Assembly (NCBI GenBank): GCA_963801165.1
Contig: CAWDDT010000011.1
Coordinates: 288,001-352,000 of the forward strand
Length of the DNA: 64,000 nucleotides
Direction of reading: 5' to 3'
From: an uncultured bacterium
GTDB lineage: Bacteria; Actinomycetota; Acidimicrobiia; Spongiisociales; UBA5794
Shown here: piece after piece, positions 49,601 to 59,835 of the stretch
Layout: each line of letters begins with the position of its first letter
Position numbering within the stretch: position 1 is the stretch's first letter
Made by a program: the position numbers and the translations under genes
The notes under the pieces: generated by a model
What the model was told of the DNA's origin: nothing
Database searches by the model: none
The model's input: only the letters and a program-made list of their open reading frames with translations

Positions 49601-52147
49601 CTGCCGCAGCAGATCGCCAAACGCGCCGAACCGGAGCGGCATGTCGAAGAAGTCGGCGCGCATCGTCAACACGACCCGCACGGCGGACCTCTCATCCGTC
49701 GCCGCTGCAAGCAACTGGTCGAGAAAGGTGGCTCGAGCTTGCTCGTCGTCGACCAGAGTGAACAACTCCTCAAACTGATCAATAAACAGCAACAAGCTCT
49801 CGTTTCCCGGCAGATAACGTTTGGCAGCGCGTACCAGACCGCGTTCACTCCCCAGTAGCTCGTCTTCGAGACCCGATGCAGGCGTGGCTGACACTCGGAG
49901 CAACGCGGTCGCAAGTTCCTCAAACGGGTACATGCTCGGAACCATGTCGCTGATCAGCCAGTTCTCGGAGCCGGGAAGGGCACCGGCGCGTAGCGCCGGT
50001 ATGAGCCCCGCCCGCACCACCGAGGACTTGCCGATACCGGAAGGCCCGACGACAGCAACGAGGTTCTGTCGACCTACCGCGTCCAGCAATTGGCGAATCT
50101 CGTCGTCGCGTCCGTAGAAGTCCGTCGCATCGGCTTCGCCGAACGCACTCAGACCCTTGTATGGATTGCGGGTTGGGGTGAACCCGATTGCTGCCCGGAC
50201 CAGCCCACCGGCCCCGCTCACGTTGGCCCACGACTCCAAGAGGGCGACCAAATCGACGAAGCCATCGGCTCTCACCTCAACGAGAAACTCCTCGATCTCC
50301 GAAGCCACCTCTGCTCCCGCCAGGCACTGTTCGATCAACGACCCGAGGGCACACAGATCAGCATTCGCCGCTCTCGGATCGTGATACAACACGTCAATAG
50401 CTATCCCGAAATCGGCGAGATACGCGTTGCCATCGTCGTCGAACAAGACGTTCGACGGCTTCAAATCACGGTGCACCACACCGTTGCGATGCGCGTGGTC
50501 AAGGGCCGGTACGATCTGGGCGAGAATCGCATTGATTTCGAAGAGCTCGAGCGGCCCCCGCTCCAGCCGTTCCGAGAGGCTGCCGCCGCGCAGCCATCGC
50601 ATGACCAGGAAAGCGCCGTCGGCCTCCCTCCAGTAGTCATGAAGGGGCACGATGTGAGGATGCTCCAGACGGGCAACCAACTGTGCCTCAACCTCAAACC
50701 GGCGAATGAAGTCCGGATGATTGGCGAATTCCGGACGGATGACCTTGACCGCTACCTCTCTCCCAACCGAAGGCTGGTAGGCGCGGTGCACTACGCCGAA
50801 TACACCCGATCCAATTTCTTCTCGGAGTTCGTAACCCGGTAGACCTTTGGCTACACCAGGCAACGACGGAGGGAGCGCCGTCATTTGCAGCGGGGGAAAC
50901 TCGGTGGGCAGCCCACCGACCACCAGCTGCTGAACCGCCATCGGCTCGTCCATCCCGGCGAAGCTATGCGTCCCAAGTGACCGGATCAGCCACCCGGCCG
51001 TGCCGGCTTCCGCTAGACCTTGATGAGCTTCGGACGTCAGCAGTATCTGGCCGCCGTGGGCGGCGCCGACAAGCGCAGCACCCCGATTCACCGGCGGACC
51101 CACGATGTCCGACCCGGGCTGCGCTTCAACATCTCCGGCGGCAATCGCCATTCGCATCGGAGCGCGTTGAGTAACCAGCACAGTCTGTGCGGCGGCGGCA
51201 GCACTGCTCGCCTGCTGAACATCGTCGAATACTGCGTACATGGCGGAACCACGATGAGCAAAGACGACACCACCATGCGCAGCAACCGCTCCGGAGAAGG
51301 CAACGGTCTGGTGTTCGATCAAAACACCACGATCGGCCGGAGACATTGTCGTCAACGAGGCAGGCTCGGCGACGTCTGCCACGAGAATCGCTGCCCTACG
51401 GATGGAGGAGCGAGGTTCGAGGTTCAAATCGGGGTCTTGCCCCAATATCCGTTGCTCCAGGTCACGCAACTCCGCCGATGGATCTAGCCCCGTCTGATCG
51501 ATGAGGGTCGACCGTGCCTTCGCATAGGAACGCATCGCTTCTGCTTGTCTCCCCGACCGGTAAAGAGCGAGCATTTGTTGGGCCCAGAAATGTTCGCGGA
51601 GGGGATACTCGACGGTGAGCGCATCGAGCTCTGCCACTAGAGCTGCGTGGTGCCCCGATTCTAGGTCGGCATCGATCCGCAGCTCCGTGGCCGCAACCCG
51701 TAGTTCGTTTAGCCGCGTGGCTTCGGCCGCGAGAGCGGTGCGATCTTCAATGTCCGCGTACGGATGACCACGCCATAGAGACAGAACGGCTCGAAGTCGT
51801 TCTGCAACGGTGGTCGGACTATCGAGCGACCGAACCGCCCCTAGCTCATCCTCAAAACGGCAGGCGTCTACCGAGGCCCTCTCGGCGAGGAGTATGTAGC
51901 CCTCACCGCGCCTTTCGATGATGTCGCCAAGCTCCGATCGAAGGTTTGACACAAACGTGTGGATCGAGCGATGGGCGCGATCGGAAGCCTCGTCTCCGTA
52001 CAGACTATCGATGAGGGTGTCGACCGACACCGGTTTCCCCACCTGAGCGATCAGCAATGCAAGCACTGCTCGCTGTTTCGGACCCCCCAATGTGTACCGG
52101 TGGTCGCCCTCGACCACTTCAAGTGGGCCGAGAACACCGAATTGCAT
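46681..52147 (-). pseudogene. Second wHTH-BTAD/cyclase-like/kinase/STAND/TM/beta-propeller paralog; propeller region broken by several frameshifts (pseudogene or assembly errors)
   Basis: MQFGVLGPLEV.., HRDLKPSN, DFG, RNPYKGL, GPSGIGKSS. Propeller sequence hops between ORFs 48248-52369, 47545-48486, 47360-47905, 47448-47813 and 46681-47406, ending RSLSDTECQTFLHLDTCP. Confidence 0.75.
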
Positions 52148-52219
52148 GGGTCCACGGTACCCGAGGACTGCCGCACCTGGTTGTGTCGTCTGCGTCACAG
52201 GTACAGACAACCCGAGGCC

Positions 52220-52323
52220 TGTCAACAAGCTGTCAAGAACCCGGAACGAGCACCTCGGAACCAACAACGGCCGTCTTTCCGGATTTCTTGACGACTTCTT
52301 GACACTCTTGACATCGCCTTGAC
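52220..52323. promoter_or_regulatory. Divergent promoter region with six phased TTGAC repeats
   Basis: Plus-strand CTTGAC at 52287, 52298, 52307, 52318 (spacing 11, 9, 11); minus-strand pair seen as GTCAA at 52221 and 52232 (spacing 11). Confidence 0.65.
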
Positions 52324-52367
52324 CCGCTGCCCGCGAGTGCTTGTGAGGGGTCGCGGAAGTTGTAGCC

Positions 52368-53123
52368 ATGAGCTACAAACGCACCGCACTCGCCATCGCA
52401 ACACTCGCCATCACGCTCTTGTCGGTAACCCCGGGCACACAACCGGTGGATGCCACCTCATCGGGGTACGCAGTGGTTCTGCAGGAGCAGGCTCGGCTGG
52501 CTTCACACCAACCGAGCCTGCCCACCCCCGCGCCCGCCCCGGAGCCAACAACAACCATCGGCACCGCAACCATCTACGCCAAGACCGACGGACTCGTCGA
52601 CACGGCCCGCTGGGCACTCGAGCAGTTCGTCGAGGCCGGCATACCCCTCCCCCCGGTCACCCTGTACCTGTCCGACGACCGGACCGACTGCAGCGACGAC
52701 CCCGACAAGATCGTCAACGGCTACTACACCCAGGTCAACGGCGAGAACATCGTCCACGACTGCGGCAGCCGCTCCGTCCTGGTACACGAGCTCGGCCACG
52801 TCTGGGACAAGAACTACCTCGACGACGCCACCCGGCAACGCTTCCTCGACTTCGAGGGTCTCGAGACGTGGAACAGCGACGTCTGGGATCAGGCCGGCGG
52901 CGAACATCTCGCCTCAGTCATCTCCTGGGCGCTCGACGGCACCCATCCCAGCCGGATCGGCTACTACACCGATGACCACCTCGCCGGGGCGTACGAGCTC
53001 GTCTTCGGAGCAACGCCGCCGATCATGGAGAAGCCCGTTTTCGAGCCGGTGGCTCTCGAACGTCACCCCGACGATGCAGCAGTCAGCGCTCCGCCCGCAG
53101 CAGCCTCACAGGACCCGAGTTGA
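52368..53123 (+). CDS. Secreted HExxH (zincin-like) putative metallopeptidase
   Basis: Signal peptide, Pro/Thr linker, VLVHELGHVW, downstream GGEHLA third-ligand-like motif. Confidence 0.75.
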   Translation: MSYKRTALAIATLAITLLSVTPGTQPVDATSSGYAVVLQEQARLASHQPSLPTPAPAPEPTTTIGTATIYAKTDGLVDTARWALEQFVEAGIPLPPVTLYLSDDRTDCSDDPDKIVNGYYTQVNGENIVHDCGSRSVLVHELGHVWDKNYLDDATRQRFLDFEGLETWNSDVWDQAGGEHLASVISWALDGTHPSRIGYYTDDHLAGAYELVFGATPPIMEKPVFEPVALERHPDDAAVSAPPAAASQDPS

Positions 53124-53219
53124 TCACCCGCACCGAATTGGCCGCGGTGGGCATCCGCCGTTGGTGTGGTGACGATCGGCCCTACGGGTCCGCCGGTTGA
53201 TGCTGTATCACAGTTCACG

Positions 53220-55551
53220 ATGGACCAGAAGGAACTCCGCACGCTCGAGGAGAGGTGCATACAGGACTGTGCCCCGACGTGCACCTCGCGGTGCCCGGTT
53301 CATGTCGACGTGAAGGCGATGACCGCCGCAGTGGGGAGCGGCGACGTCTCTGCCGCCCTGGCCACCTTCATGCGCTCGGTGCCCTTCCCCGGGATCATCT
53401 CGCACGTCTGCGACCGGCCGTGCGAGGACGTCTGCATCTACAACAACATCGGCAACCCGATCGCCATCAGGGCCATAGAGCGCACCTGTGTCGAGCAGGG
53501 CCGGCGCCCCGACGGCACAGCGAACCGTCGCCCGAAGCGCTCGGAACGAGTCGCCGTCATCGGTGGCGGCATCAGCGGGCTCGCCGCCGCACACGACCTC
53601 GCTAAGAAGGGGTATCAGGTCACCGTGTTCGAATCGGGTGACCGGCTCGGCGGCAGCCTGTGGAAAGCCGGCCGTGACTACCTCCCCGCCGAAGTCATAG
53701 AAGCGGACCTCGAGATCCTCCCGATGCTCGATGTCGATGTCCGGCTCGGCGTCACGATCGACATGCCCATCGGCACGCTCGTCGGCGATTTCGATGCGGT
53801 TTACGTCGCTACCGGACCCGGTCGTGCCGCCGTCCATCGGTCTCCCCCGCGACGACAACGGCAACGTCATCGTCGACCCGGTCACCTTCGGCACGCCCGT
53901 CGATGGGGTTTTCGCAGGTGGTGGCCTGCTGTGGGGTCACGAGATGCACTCGTCGATCACTTCCATCTCCGAAGGCAGGCGAGCGGGCATCTCCATCGAC
54001 CGTTTCCTGCAAGAGGTGTCCCTAACCGCATCTCGATCCGGTGAGGGCCCATACGAGTCGTGCCTGTACACCGACCTCGAGGAAGTCGAGGCCCGGCCCC
54101 GCATCGAAATGGGCCACCCCGACGATGGCTACGAATGGTACGAGGCCATGCTCGAAGCACAGCGATGTCTCCAGTGCGAATGCATGGAGTGCGTCAAGGT
54201 GTGCCAGTACCTCGAGGACTACGGCAAGTATCCCCGCAAGTACGTGCGCGAGATCTACAACAACCTGTCCATCGTCCAGGGGACGCGCCACGCCAACAAG
54301 TTCATCAACTCGTGCAGCACCTGCGGGTTGTGCGCCGAGGTTTGCCCCACCGATGTCGATATGGGCGAAATAGTCCTCGATGCTCGCCGCACCATGGTCG
54401 AGCAGGGGCGAATGCCGCCTTCGGCGCACGACTTCGCCTTACGGGACATGCAATTCAGCAACGGCGAGAAGTTCGCCGTCGCCAAGAACCCTCCTGGCAC
54501 GGACACCAGCACCTATGTGCTCTTCCCCGGGTGCCAGCTGTCCGCTTCATCGCCGCAGCACGTCGAAAAGCTCTACGGCCATCTCACGTCGCAACTGCCC
54601 GGCGAGGACGTCGGGCTGATGCTCGGGTGCTGCGGATCCCCGGCCAAATGGGCAGGCCGCACCGACCTCTTCGACGAGACGATAAGCAAGTGGCAGGGCG
54701 AGCTCGACGCCATGGGCAACCCGACCGTCGTGCTGCCCTGCTCGAGTTGCTTCCAGGTGTTCAAGACGGCACTGCCCGACGTCGAGATCGTGTCGCTGTG
54801 GGAGTTGTTGGACGACAAAGGAATCACGCCGGAGACCATCGTCGGCGAGCCCCGCACCGTGTCGATCCACGACCCGTGCACGACGAGGCACGAGACCGGG
54901 ATACACGACAGCATCCGCCGCATGGTGGGCGACATGGGCTACGAGATCGACGAGCTGAAGGCAAGCAGAGAGAAGACAAGCTGCTGCAGCTACGGCGGCC
55001 ACACCTGGCTGGCCAACCGCGATCTGTCGACCCGCATTATCGAGCGTCGCATCTCCGAGAACGATGCCGACTACGTCACCTACTGCGCCATGTGCCGTGA
55101 CTTCTTTGCCTCCAAAGGCAAGCGCACTCTCCACGTGCTCGACCTGATGTTCGAGACCGACGTCGAGAGGCGGGCCGAGCGCACCGGGCCGGGTTACTCT
55201 CAACGGCACGAGAACCGCGCCCGGCTCAAGCGCAGGCTGTTGAAGGAGATCTGGGGAGAGACCATGGCTGGTGAGGAGCAATACGAGTCGATCATCCTGA
55301 GGCTTTCCGACGATGTGGCCGCCCGGCTCGACGACCGCCTCATCCTGATCGAGGACATCCAGCGTGTCATCGAATATGCCGAGCGAACCGGGCGCAGGCT
55401 CGCCAACCGCGAAACCGGCCACCTCCTCGCTTATCACCGGCCCGATGCCGTCACCTACTGGGTCGAGTACCTGCCCACCGACAACGGCGCCTACGAGATC
55501 TTCAACGCCTACAGCCATAGGATGGAGATCCCGGGGAGCACCGATACATGA
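53220..55551 (+). CDS. Fe-S flavoprotein: GltD-like N-terminus, 4Fe-4S dicluster and CCG domains (aldehyde oxidoreductase-associated); frameshift near 53820
   Basis: CTSRCPVH, VCDRPCEDVC, GGGISGL; then CLQCECMECVKVC, CSTCGLCAEVCP, FPGCQL, GCCG, HDPC, CCSYGG, YCAMC, YWVEY...NAYSHRM. Confidence 0.82.
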
Positions 55552-55766
55552 GTCCGGACGAGGAGACGATTCTCGGCGACGAGTCCAACTGGCTATGTGC
55601 CAACTGTGGGGTTCCACTCGAGATATCCAAGGTCAACGTTGCCTATCTCGGCAGTGGCTTTCCGGTCGATCTCGCCCGCTGCCCCAACTGCGGTCTCGTC
55701 TTCATCCCCGAGGAATTGGCGTTGGGGAGGATGCTCGACGTCGAGCAGCAACTCGAGGACAAGTGA
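55548..55766 (+). CDS. Small CxxC...CxxC redox/metal-binding protein (DVU_1557-like)
   Basis: WLCANC...YLGSGFPVDLARCPNCGLVFIPEELALGRMLDVEQQLEDK; ATGA overlap with the upstream gene. Confidence 0.8.
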   Translation: MSPDEETILGDESNWLCANCGVPLEISKVNVAYLGSGFPVDLARCPNCGLVFIPEELALGRMLDVEQQLEDK

Positions 55767-55782
55767 CGTCGTGGTCTCTGAG

Positions 55783-56520
55783 ATGACAGTCAGGGTGTAC
55801 GAGCGGACCCATGCCGCCGGTCTCGTCGATGACATCATCCGTCCCGGCGGTCTGGCGCTGACCAACGCAATGGTCGACCGTGCGGGTCTCCAGGCCGGTG
55901 ACCTCGTCCTCGACATCGGGTGTGGTCCGGCCGCCAGCATCGAGCACCTCCGGAGCGACCGGGGCCTCGAGATGATCGGCCTGGATCACTCGGCGGCGTT
56001 GCTCGCTGCGGCTCGCGCCAACACGGCCGCACCGCTGGTGCGCGGCGACGGAGGCCGGCTGCCTTTCCGCGACGCCTCGATCGACGCCGTCATCGCCGAG
56101 TGCACCATGTCGCTCATGCCCGACATCAGCGGCGCGCTGAGCGAGATCAGCAGGGTGCTTCGACCCGGTGGCTCTCTGCTGTGCTCGGATATCTACGCAC
56201 GTGACCCCGACGGAGCGGCCGCCCTCCAAGCGCTCCCGTTCGAGTCGTGCATCCGCGGTGCGCTGGGCCGCGACGAGATCCTCGGGCTGGTAGCCAACCA
56301 CGGATTCGAGGTCGCGTCCTGGGAGGACCGGAGCGGGGAGCTGCGATCGTTCGCAGCGCAGCTGGTTTGGCGCGGCGGGTCGATGCGCACGTTCTGGTGC
56401 CGGACCGGGGGTGCGGGTGATCCCGACGCGGTCGAGGCGGCGGTGGACGGGGCACGACCCGGCTACTACTCGATGGTTGCAAGAAAACCAGACGATCTGT
56501 CCGCCGAGGAAAAACGATGA
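55783..56520 (+). CDS. Class I SAM-dependent methyltransferase (DVU_1556-like)
   Basis: RPGGLALT, VLDIGCG, LPFRDASID..IAEC, RVLRPGG, PGYY. Confidence 0.85.
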   Translation: MTVRVYERTHAAGLVDDIIRPGGLALTNAMVDRAGLQAGDLVLDIGCGPAASIEHLRSDRGLEMIGLDHSAALLAAARANTAAPLVRGDGGRLPFRDASIDAVIAECTMSLMPDISGALSEISRVLRPGGSLLCSDIYARDPDGAAALQALPFESCIRGALGRDEILGLVANHGFEVASWEDRSGELRSFAAQLVWRGGSMRTFWCRTGGAGDPDAVEAAVDGARPGYYSMVARKPDDLSAEEKR

Positions 56521-56957
56521 AGACAAGCGAACGTGTCGAAGAGCTCGGCCGCCAGGGCCTGCACTGCAGCCAGATCCTGCTGACGCTCGGTCTCGAGCTT
56601 CGCGGAGAGGAGAACCCACAGCTCGTGAAGTCGGTTGCGGGTCTGGCAGGTGGCATGGGCTTCAGCGGCAGGACCTGCGGCACGCTTACGGGCGCTGCCT
56701 GCCTGATCGGCCTCTACGCCGGCCGGGGATCGTTCGAGGACGAGGAGGACTACCGGCTCCAGCTGCTGGTCACCCAGCTGGTCGAATGGTTCGAGGACCG
56801 TTTCGGCGGCGAGTATGGCGGCACCAGCTGCGACGACATCCTCGACGGCAAGTCGAGCAACATGCTGCTGCGGTGCCCCGGCATCGTCACCGAGACCTTC
56901 CAGAAGGTCAAGGAGCTGCTGATCGAGGAAGGTTTCGATCTGGCAGGCGAACTATGA
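56517..56957 (+). CDS. C-GCAxxG-C-C family redox protein (DVU_1555-like)
   Basis: HCSQIL, GLAGGMG...TCGTLTGAAC, TSCDDIL, RCPGIV. Confidence 0.85.
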   Translation: MKTSERVEELGRQGLHCSQILLTLGLELRGEENPQLVKSVAGLAGGMGFSGRTCGTLTGAACLIGLYAGRGSFEDEEDYRLQLLVTQLVEWFEDRFGGEYGGTSCDDILDGKSSNMLLRCPGIVTETFQKVKELLIEEGFDLAGEL

Positions 56958-58342
56958 GCGACACACCCTTTCCCGAAGCCATCTTGACAACCACAGAAAG
57001 CGTCTGTCCCGAGTGTCTGGCACGCATCCCGGGTGACAACGTTGCCGCCGGGGAGGATGTCTACCTGGCCAAGACCTGCCCCGAGCACGGCGAATTCCGT
57101 ACTGTCGTCTGGCGAGGAGCCCCCGACTTCGTGGGCTGGGCGCGTCCCAAGGCCCCCGCCTACCCGAGCTCACCGTCCACCAACCTCGACCTCGGCTGCC
57201 CCTTCGACTGCGGGCTCTGCCCCGATCACCGCCAGCAGACCTGCACCGCGCTCCTCGAAGTCACCCAGCGTTGCGACCTGCGTTGTTCGTTCTGTTTCGC
57301 CTCGGCGGGTCCGGACGGTCCCCCGGACCCGGACCTGGCCACCATCGAAAGCTGGTATCGCGGTCTGCTGGCGTCGAACGGGCCGTGCAACATCCAGCTG
57401 TCGGGCGGTGAACCGACCATGCGCGATGACCTCCCCGATATCGTTGCTCTCGGCAAATCGCTCGGTTTCGAGTTCATCCAGGTCAACAGCAACGGTCTCC
57501 GTCTGGCCCGTGACGAGGCGTACGTCAGGAAACTGGCCGAAGCCGGCCTAGCGTCGGTGTTCCTCCAGTTCGACGGAACGCGCGACGACATTCACCGCGT
57601 TACCCGGGGCAGGCGCATGCTCGCCCAAAAGATCGACGCGATCGAGCAATGCGGCGCCCACGGCATCGGTGTCGTCCTCGTGCCCACCCTCGTCCCCGGC
57701 GTCAACACGAACGACATCGGCGCGATCATCCGCTTCGCCCTCGATCGCTTCCCCTATGTACGCGGCGTTCATTTCCAACCCGTCACCTACCTCGGTCGCT
57801 ACCCGACCCCGCCGTCGGACGCCGACCGGATCACGATTCCTGAGGTGATCCGGGCCATCGACGAGCAAACCGACGGGCTCATCACCGCCGACACACTCAC
57901 AACCGGCGGTTGCGAGAACGCCCGTTGCTCGCTGCACGGCAACTACGTTGTGATGCCGGACGGTTCCCTAGCACCCTGGACCCGCCATCAGCCCGAAGCG
58001 TGCTGCACACCGAAGTCGGCGGCCGAAGGGGCAGCCCAGACCCGCCAGTTCGTCGCCGATCACTGGTCCGGAAACACGGAAGGCGCGGGGACCTTCATCC
58101 CGCTCGGCCAGGTGGGTCGCCGCCCGCTCGGTGACTGGGACGTCTTTCTGGAACGCCAGCAGACGCACACATTTTGCGTGTCGGGTATGGCGTTCCAGGA
58201 TGCGTGGACGCTCGATCTGGAACGGCTTCGCGACTGCTGCATCCACACGGTCGCCCCCGACGGTCGCATCATCCCCTTCTGTGCCTACAACCTGACCGAC
58301 AGCTTCGGGAAAGCGCTTTACCGCGGCGCAACGGTGGGATGA
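56954..58342 (+). CDS. Radical SAM enzyme of the MJ0619/Tes-like group (TrsS-like)
   Basis: SVCPEC...KTCPEHG, CPFDCGLCPDH, CDLRCSFC (CxxxCxxC), QLSGGEPT, FLQFDG, FQDAWTLDLERLRDCCIH...DGRIIPFCAYN. Confidence 0.88.
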   Translation: MSDTPFPEAILTTTESVCPECLARIPGDNVAAGEDVYLAKTCPEHGEFRTVVWRGAPDFVGWARPKAPAYPSSPSTNLDLGCPFDCGLCPDHRQQTCTALLEVTQRCDLRCSFCFASAGPDGPPDPDLATIESWYRGLLASNGPCNIQLSGGEPTMRDDLPDIVALGKSLGFEFIQVNSNGLRLARDEAYVRKLAEAGLASVFLQFDGTRDDIHRVTRGRRMLAQKIDAIEQCGAHGIGVVLVPTLVPGVNTNDIGAIIRFALDRFPYVRGVHFQPVTYLGRYPTPPSDADRITIPEVIRAIDEQTDGLITADTLTTGGCENARCSLHGNYVVMPDGSLAPWTRHQPEACCTPKSAAEGAAQTRQFVADHWSGNTEGAGTFIPLGQVGRRPLGDWDVFLERQQTHTFCVSGMAFQDAWTLDLERLRDCCIHTVAPDGRIIPFCAYNLTDSFGKALYRGATVG

Positions 58343-59601
58343 GAATCACACCACTCGACCCTTGGATTGCCGAACGGATCGGCATCGGGTCGCTTGTGAC
58401 CCGCTCCGCACTCGAGACATATCAGCTCCACCGGCTCAACGACACCCTGGCACTGGCTGCGACCGGCAGCCGCTTCTACAAGGGCCGGATCCCGCAACAC
58501 GTCAACAGCCTCGACGAGCTGGCGACCCTTCCCTTCACGACGGCGGACGACATACGCAAACACCCGCTGCGATTCGTCTGCGGTTCGCAGGGTCGTATCG
58601 ACCGGGTGGTTACGCTCGACACGTCCGGCACCACCGGGCGTCCGAAGCGGATCGCCTTCACCGCCGCGGACCAGGAGCTCACCATCGACTTCTTCGCCGT
58701 CGGCATGGCGACATTCACCCGGGACGGAGACCGGGTGGCGATATTGCTCCCAGGCGGGACACCCGGGAGCGTCGGCGATCTCCTTGCGACCGCCCTCAGA
58801 CGGATCGGAGCGACCCCGCTGCTGCACGGGCCCGTCTTCGACGTGCCTGCCAGCCTGCGGCGACTCGTCGACGATCGCATCGACGTGGCGGTGGGCATAC
58901 CCACACACATGTTGGCTATGGCTCGCTACCCGGCACCACAGCCCTCCCTCCGGGAATTGCTGGTGAGCACCGACCACCTGCCGGATCCGATCCGCCACGC
59001 TCTCGAGGCCACATGGGGCTGCACCGTGTATGACCACTACGGCATGACCGAGATGGGGCTCGGCGGTGGCGTGGAATGCGGAGCGCACGACGGATACCAC
59101 ATGCGTGAAGCCGACATGGTCTTCGAGATCGTCGACCCTTTCACCGGGAGCCTGATCGGGGACGGGCAGATGGGTGAGGTCGTCCTGACCACGATCACGA
59201 GATTCGGGATGCCGCTCATCCGCTACCGGACCGGTGACGTGAGCCGGCTGCTCCCCGGCACGTGTGGCTGCGGATCCGCCGTCGCCCGGCTGCAGGGCAT
59301 CGACAGGCGGCTGGATGGGTTGGTCGAAATCGCCGGGACACCGCTCGCCATGCCCGAACTCGACGCCGTGCTGTTTTCCATCGACGGGATCATCGGCTTC
59401 GACGCAACGGTGACTACGGCAGGTACCACGGACCGCCTCACTGTCGCCGTCACCACGACGGGAACCTGGGAACCCGGTCGAATCCGATCCGCCCTCGTAG
59501 CAGATCTGCCGCAGCTATCCCTCGTCGAACTCCGCATCGAGCAGGCCGATTCCGGGGCTCCGGTGTTGGGCAAGCGCAGGATCATAGATCGCCGGTCCTA
59601 A
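58339..59601 (+). CDS. PaaK-like AMP-forming CoA ligase (DVU_1553-like)
   Basis: YQLHRL, LPFTT, TSGTTGRPKR, HYGMTEMGLGG, GEVVLTT..R.GMPLIRYRTGD. Confidence 0.85.
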   Translation: MRITPLDPWIAERIGIGSLVTRSALETYQLHRLNDTLALAATGSRFYKGRIPQHVNSLDELATLPFTTADDIRKHPLRFVCGSQGRIDRVVTLDTSGTTGRPKRIAFTAADQELTIDFFAVGMATFTRDGDRVAILLPGGTPGSVGDLLATALRRIGATPLLHGPVFDVPASLRRLVDDRIDVAVGIPTHMLAMARYPAPQPSLRELLVSTDHLPDPIRHALEATWGCTVYDHYGMTEMGLGGGVECGAHDGYHMREADMVFEIVDPFTGSLIGDGQMGEVVLTTITRFGMPLIRYRTGDVSRLLPGTCGCGSAVARLQGIDRRLDGLVEIAGTPLAMPELDAVLFSIDGIIGFDATVTTAGTTDRLTVAVTTTGTWEPGRIRSALVADLPQLSLVELRIEQADSGAPVLGKRRIIDRRS

Positions 59602-59835
59602 CAACGGTCTTTGCGATTCGGGACCATCGTCTCTAGTGAAGATTCGGTAATCAGCATATTTTGCGAGTTGGTCACCCGACCGCGGCGCGATAGGAATTCA
59701 GGCTGCAAACTTCAAAGGAGGGAGACCAGAGAAGCACCAAAAGCAGGCGCCAGGCGACCGGAAGACGCCAGCTGAGGTTCATCGCCCCGCCGCCGGTACG
59801 AGCCAAAACCAACAATTCGTCGAGGAGGAAAGCGA

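Noticed and set aside
36100-53200. Prophage, integrative element or classical anti-phage Avs system
   Set aside because: No integrase, transposase, phage genes or att repeats seen; the STAND proteins carry DNA-binding outputs rather than nuclease, TIR or SIR2 effectors.
53810-53830. Programmed frameshift in the Fe-S flavoprotein gene
   Set aside because: No slippery heptamer at ACCGGACCCGGTC; a sequencing indel or recent mutation is simpler.
53220-59601. Selenoproteins in the radical SAM operon
   Set aside because: Related families can carry Sec, but the Cys motifs here are encoded as Cys and the TGA stops coincide with expected protein ends.
59602-59835. Moco riboswitch or leader peptide upstream of mop
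   Set aside because: The 234-bp leader has a purine-rich AAAGGAGGGAG, but I could not build the Moco-RNA stems or find a start codon after it; needs an Infernal search.
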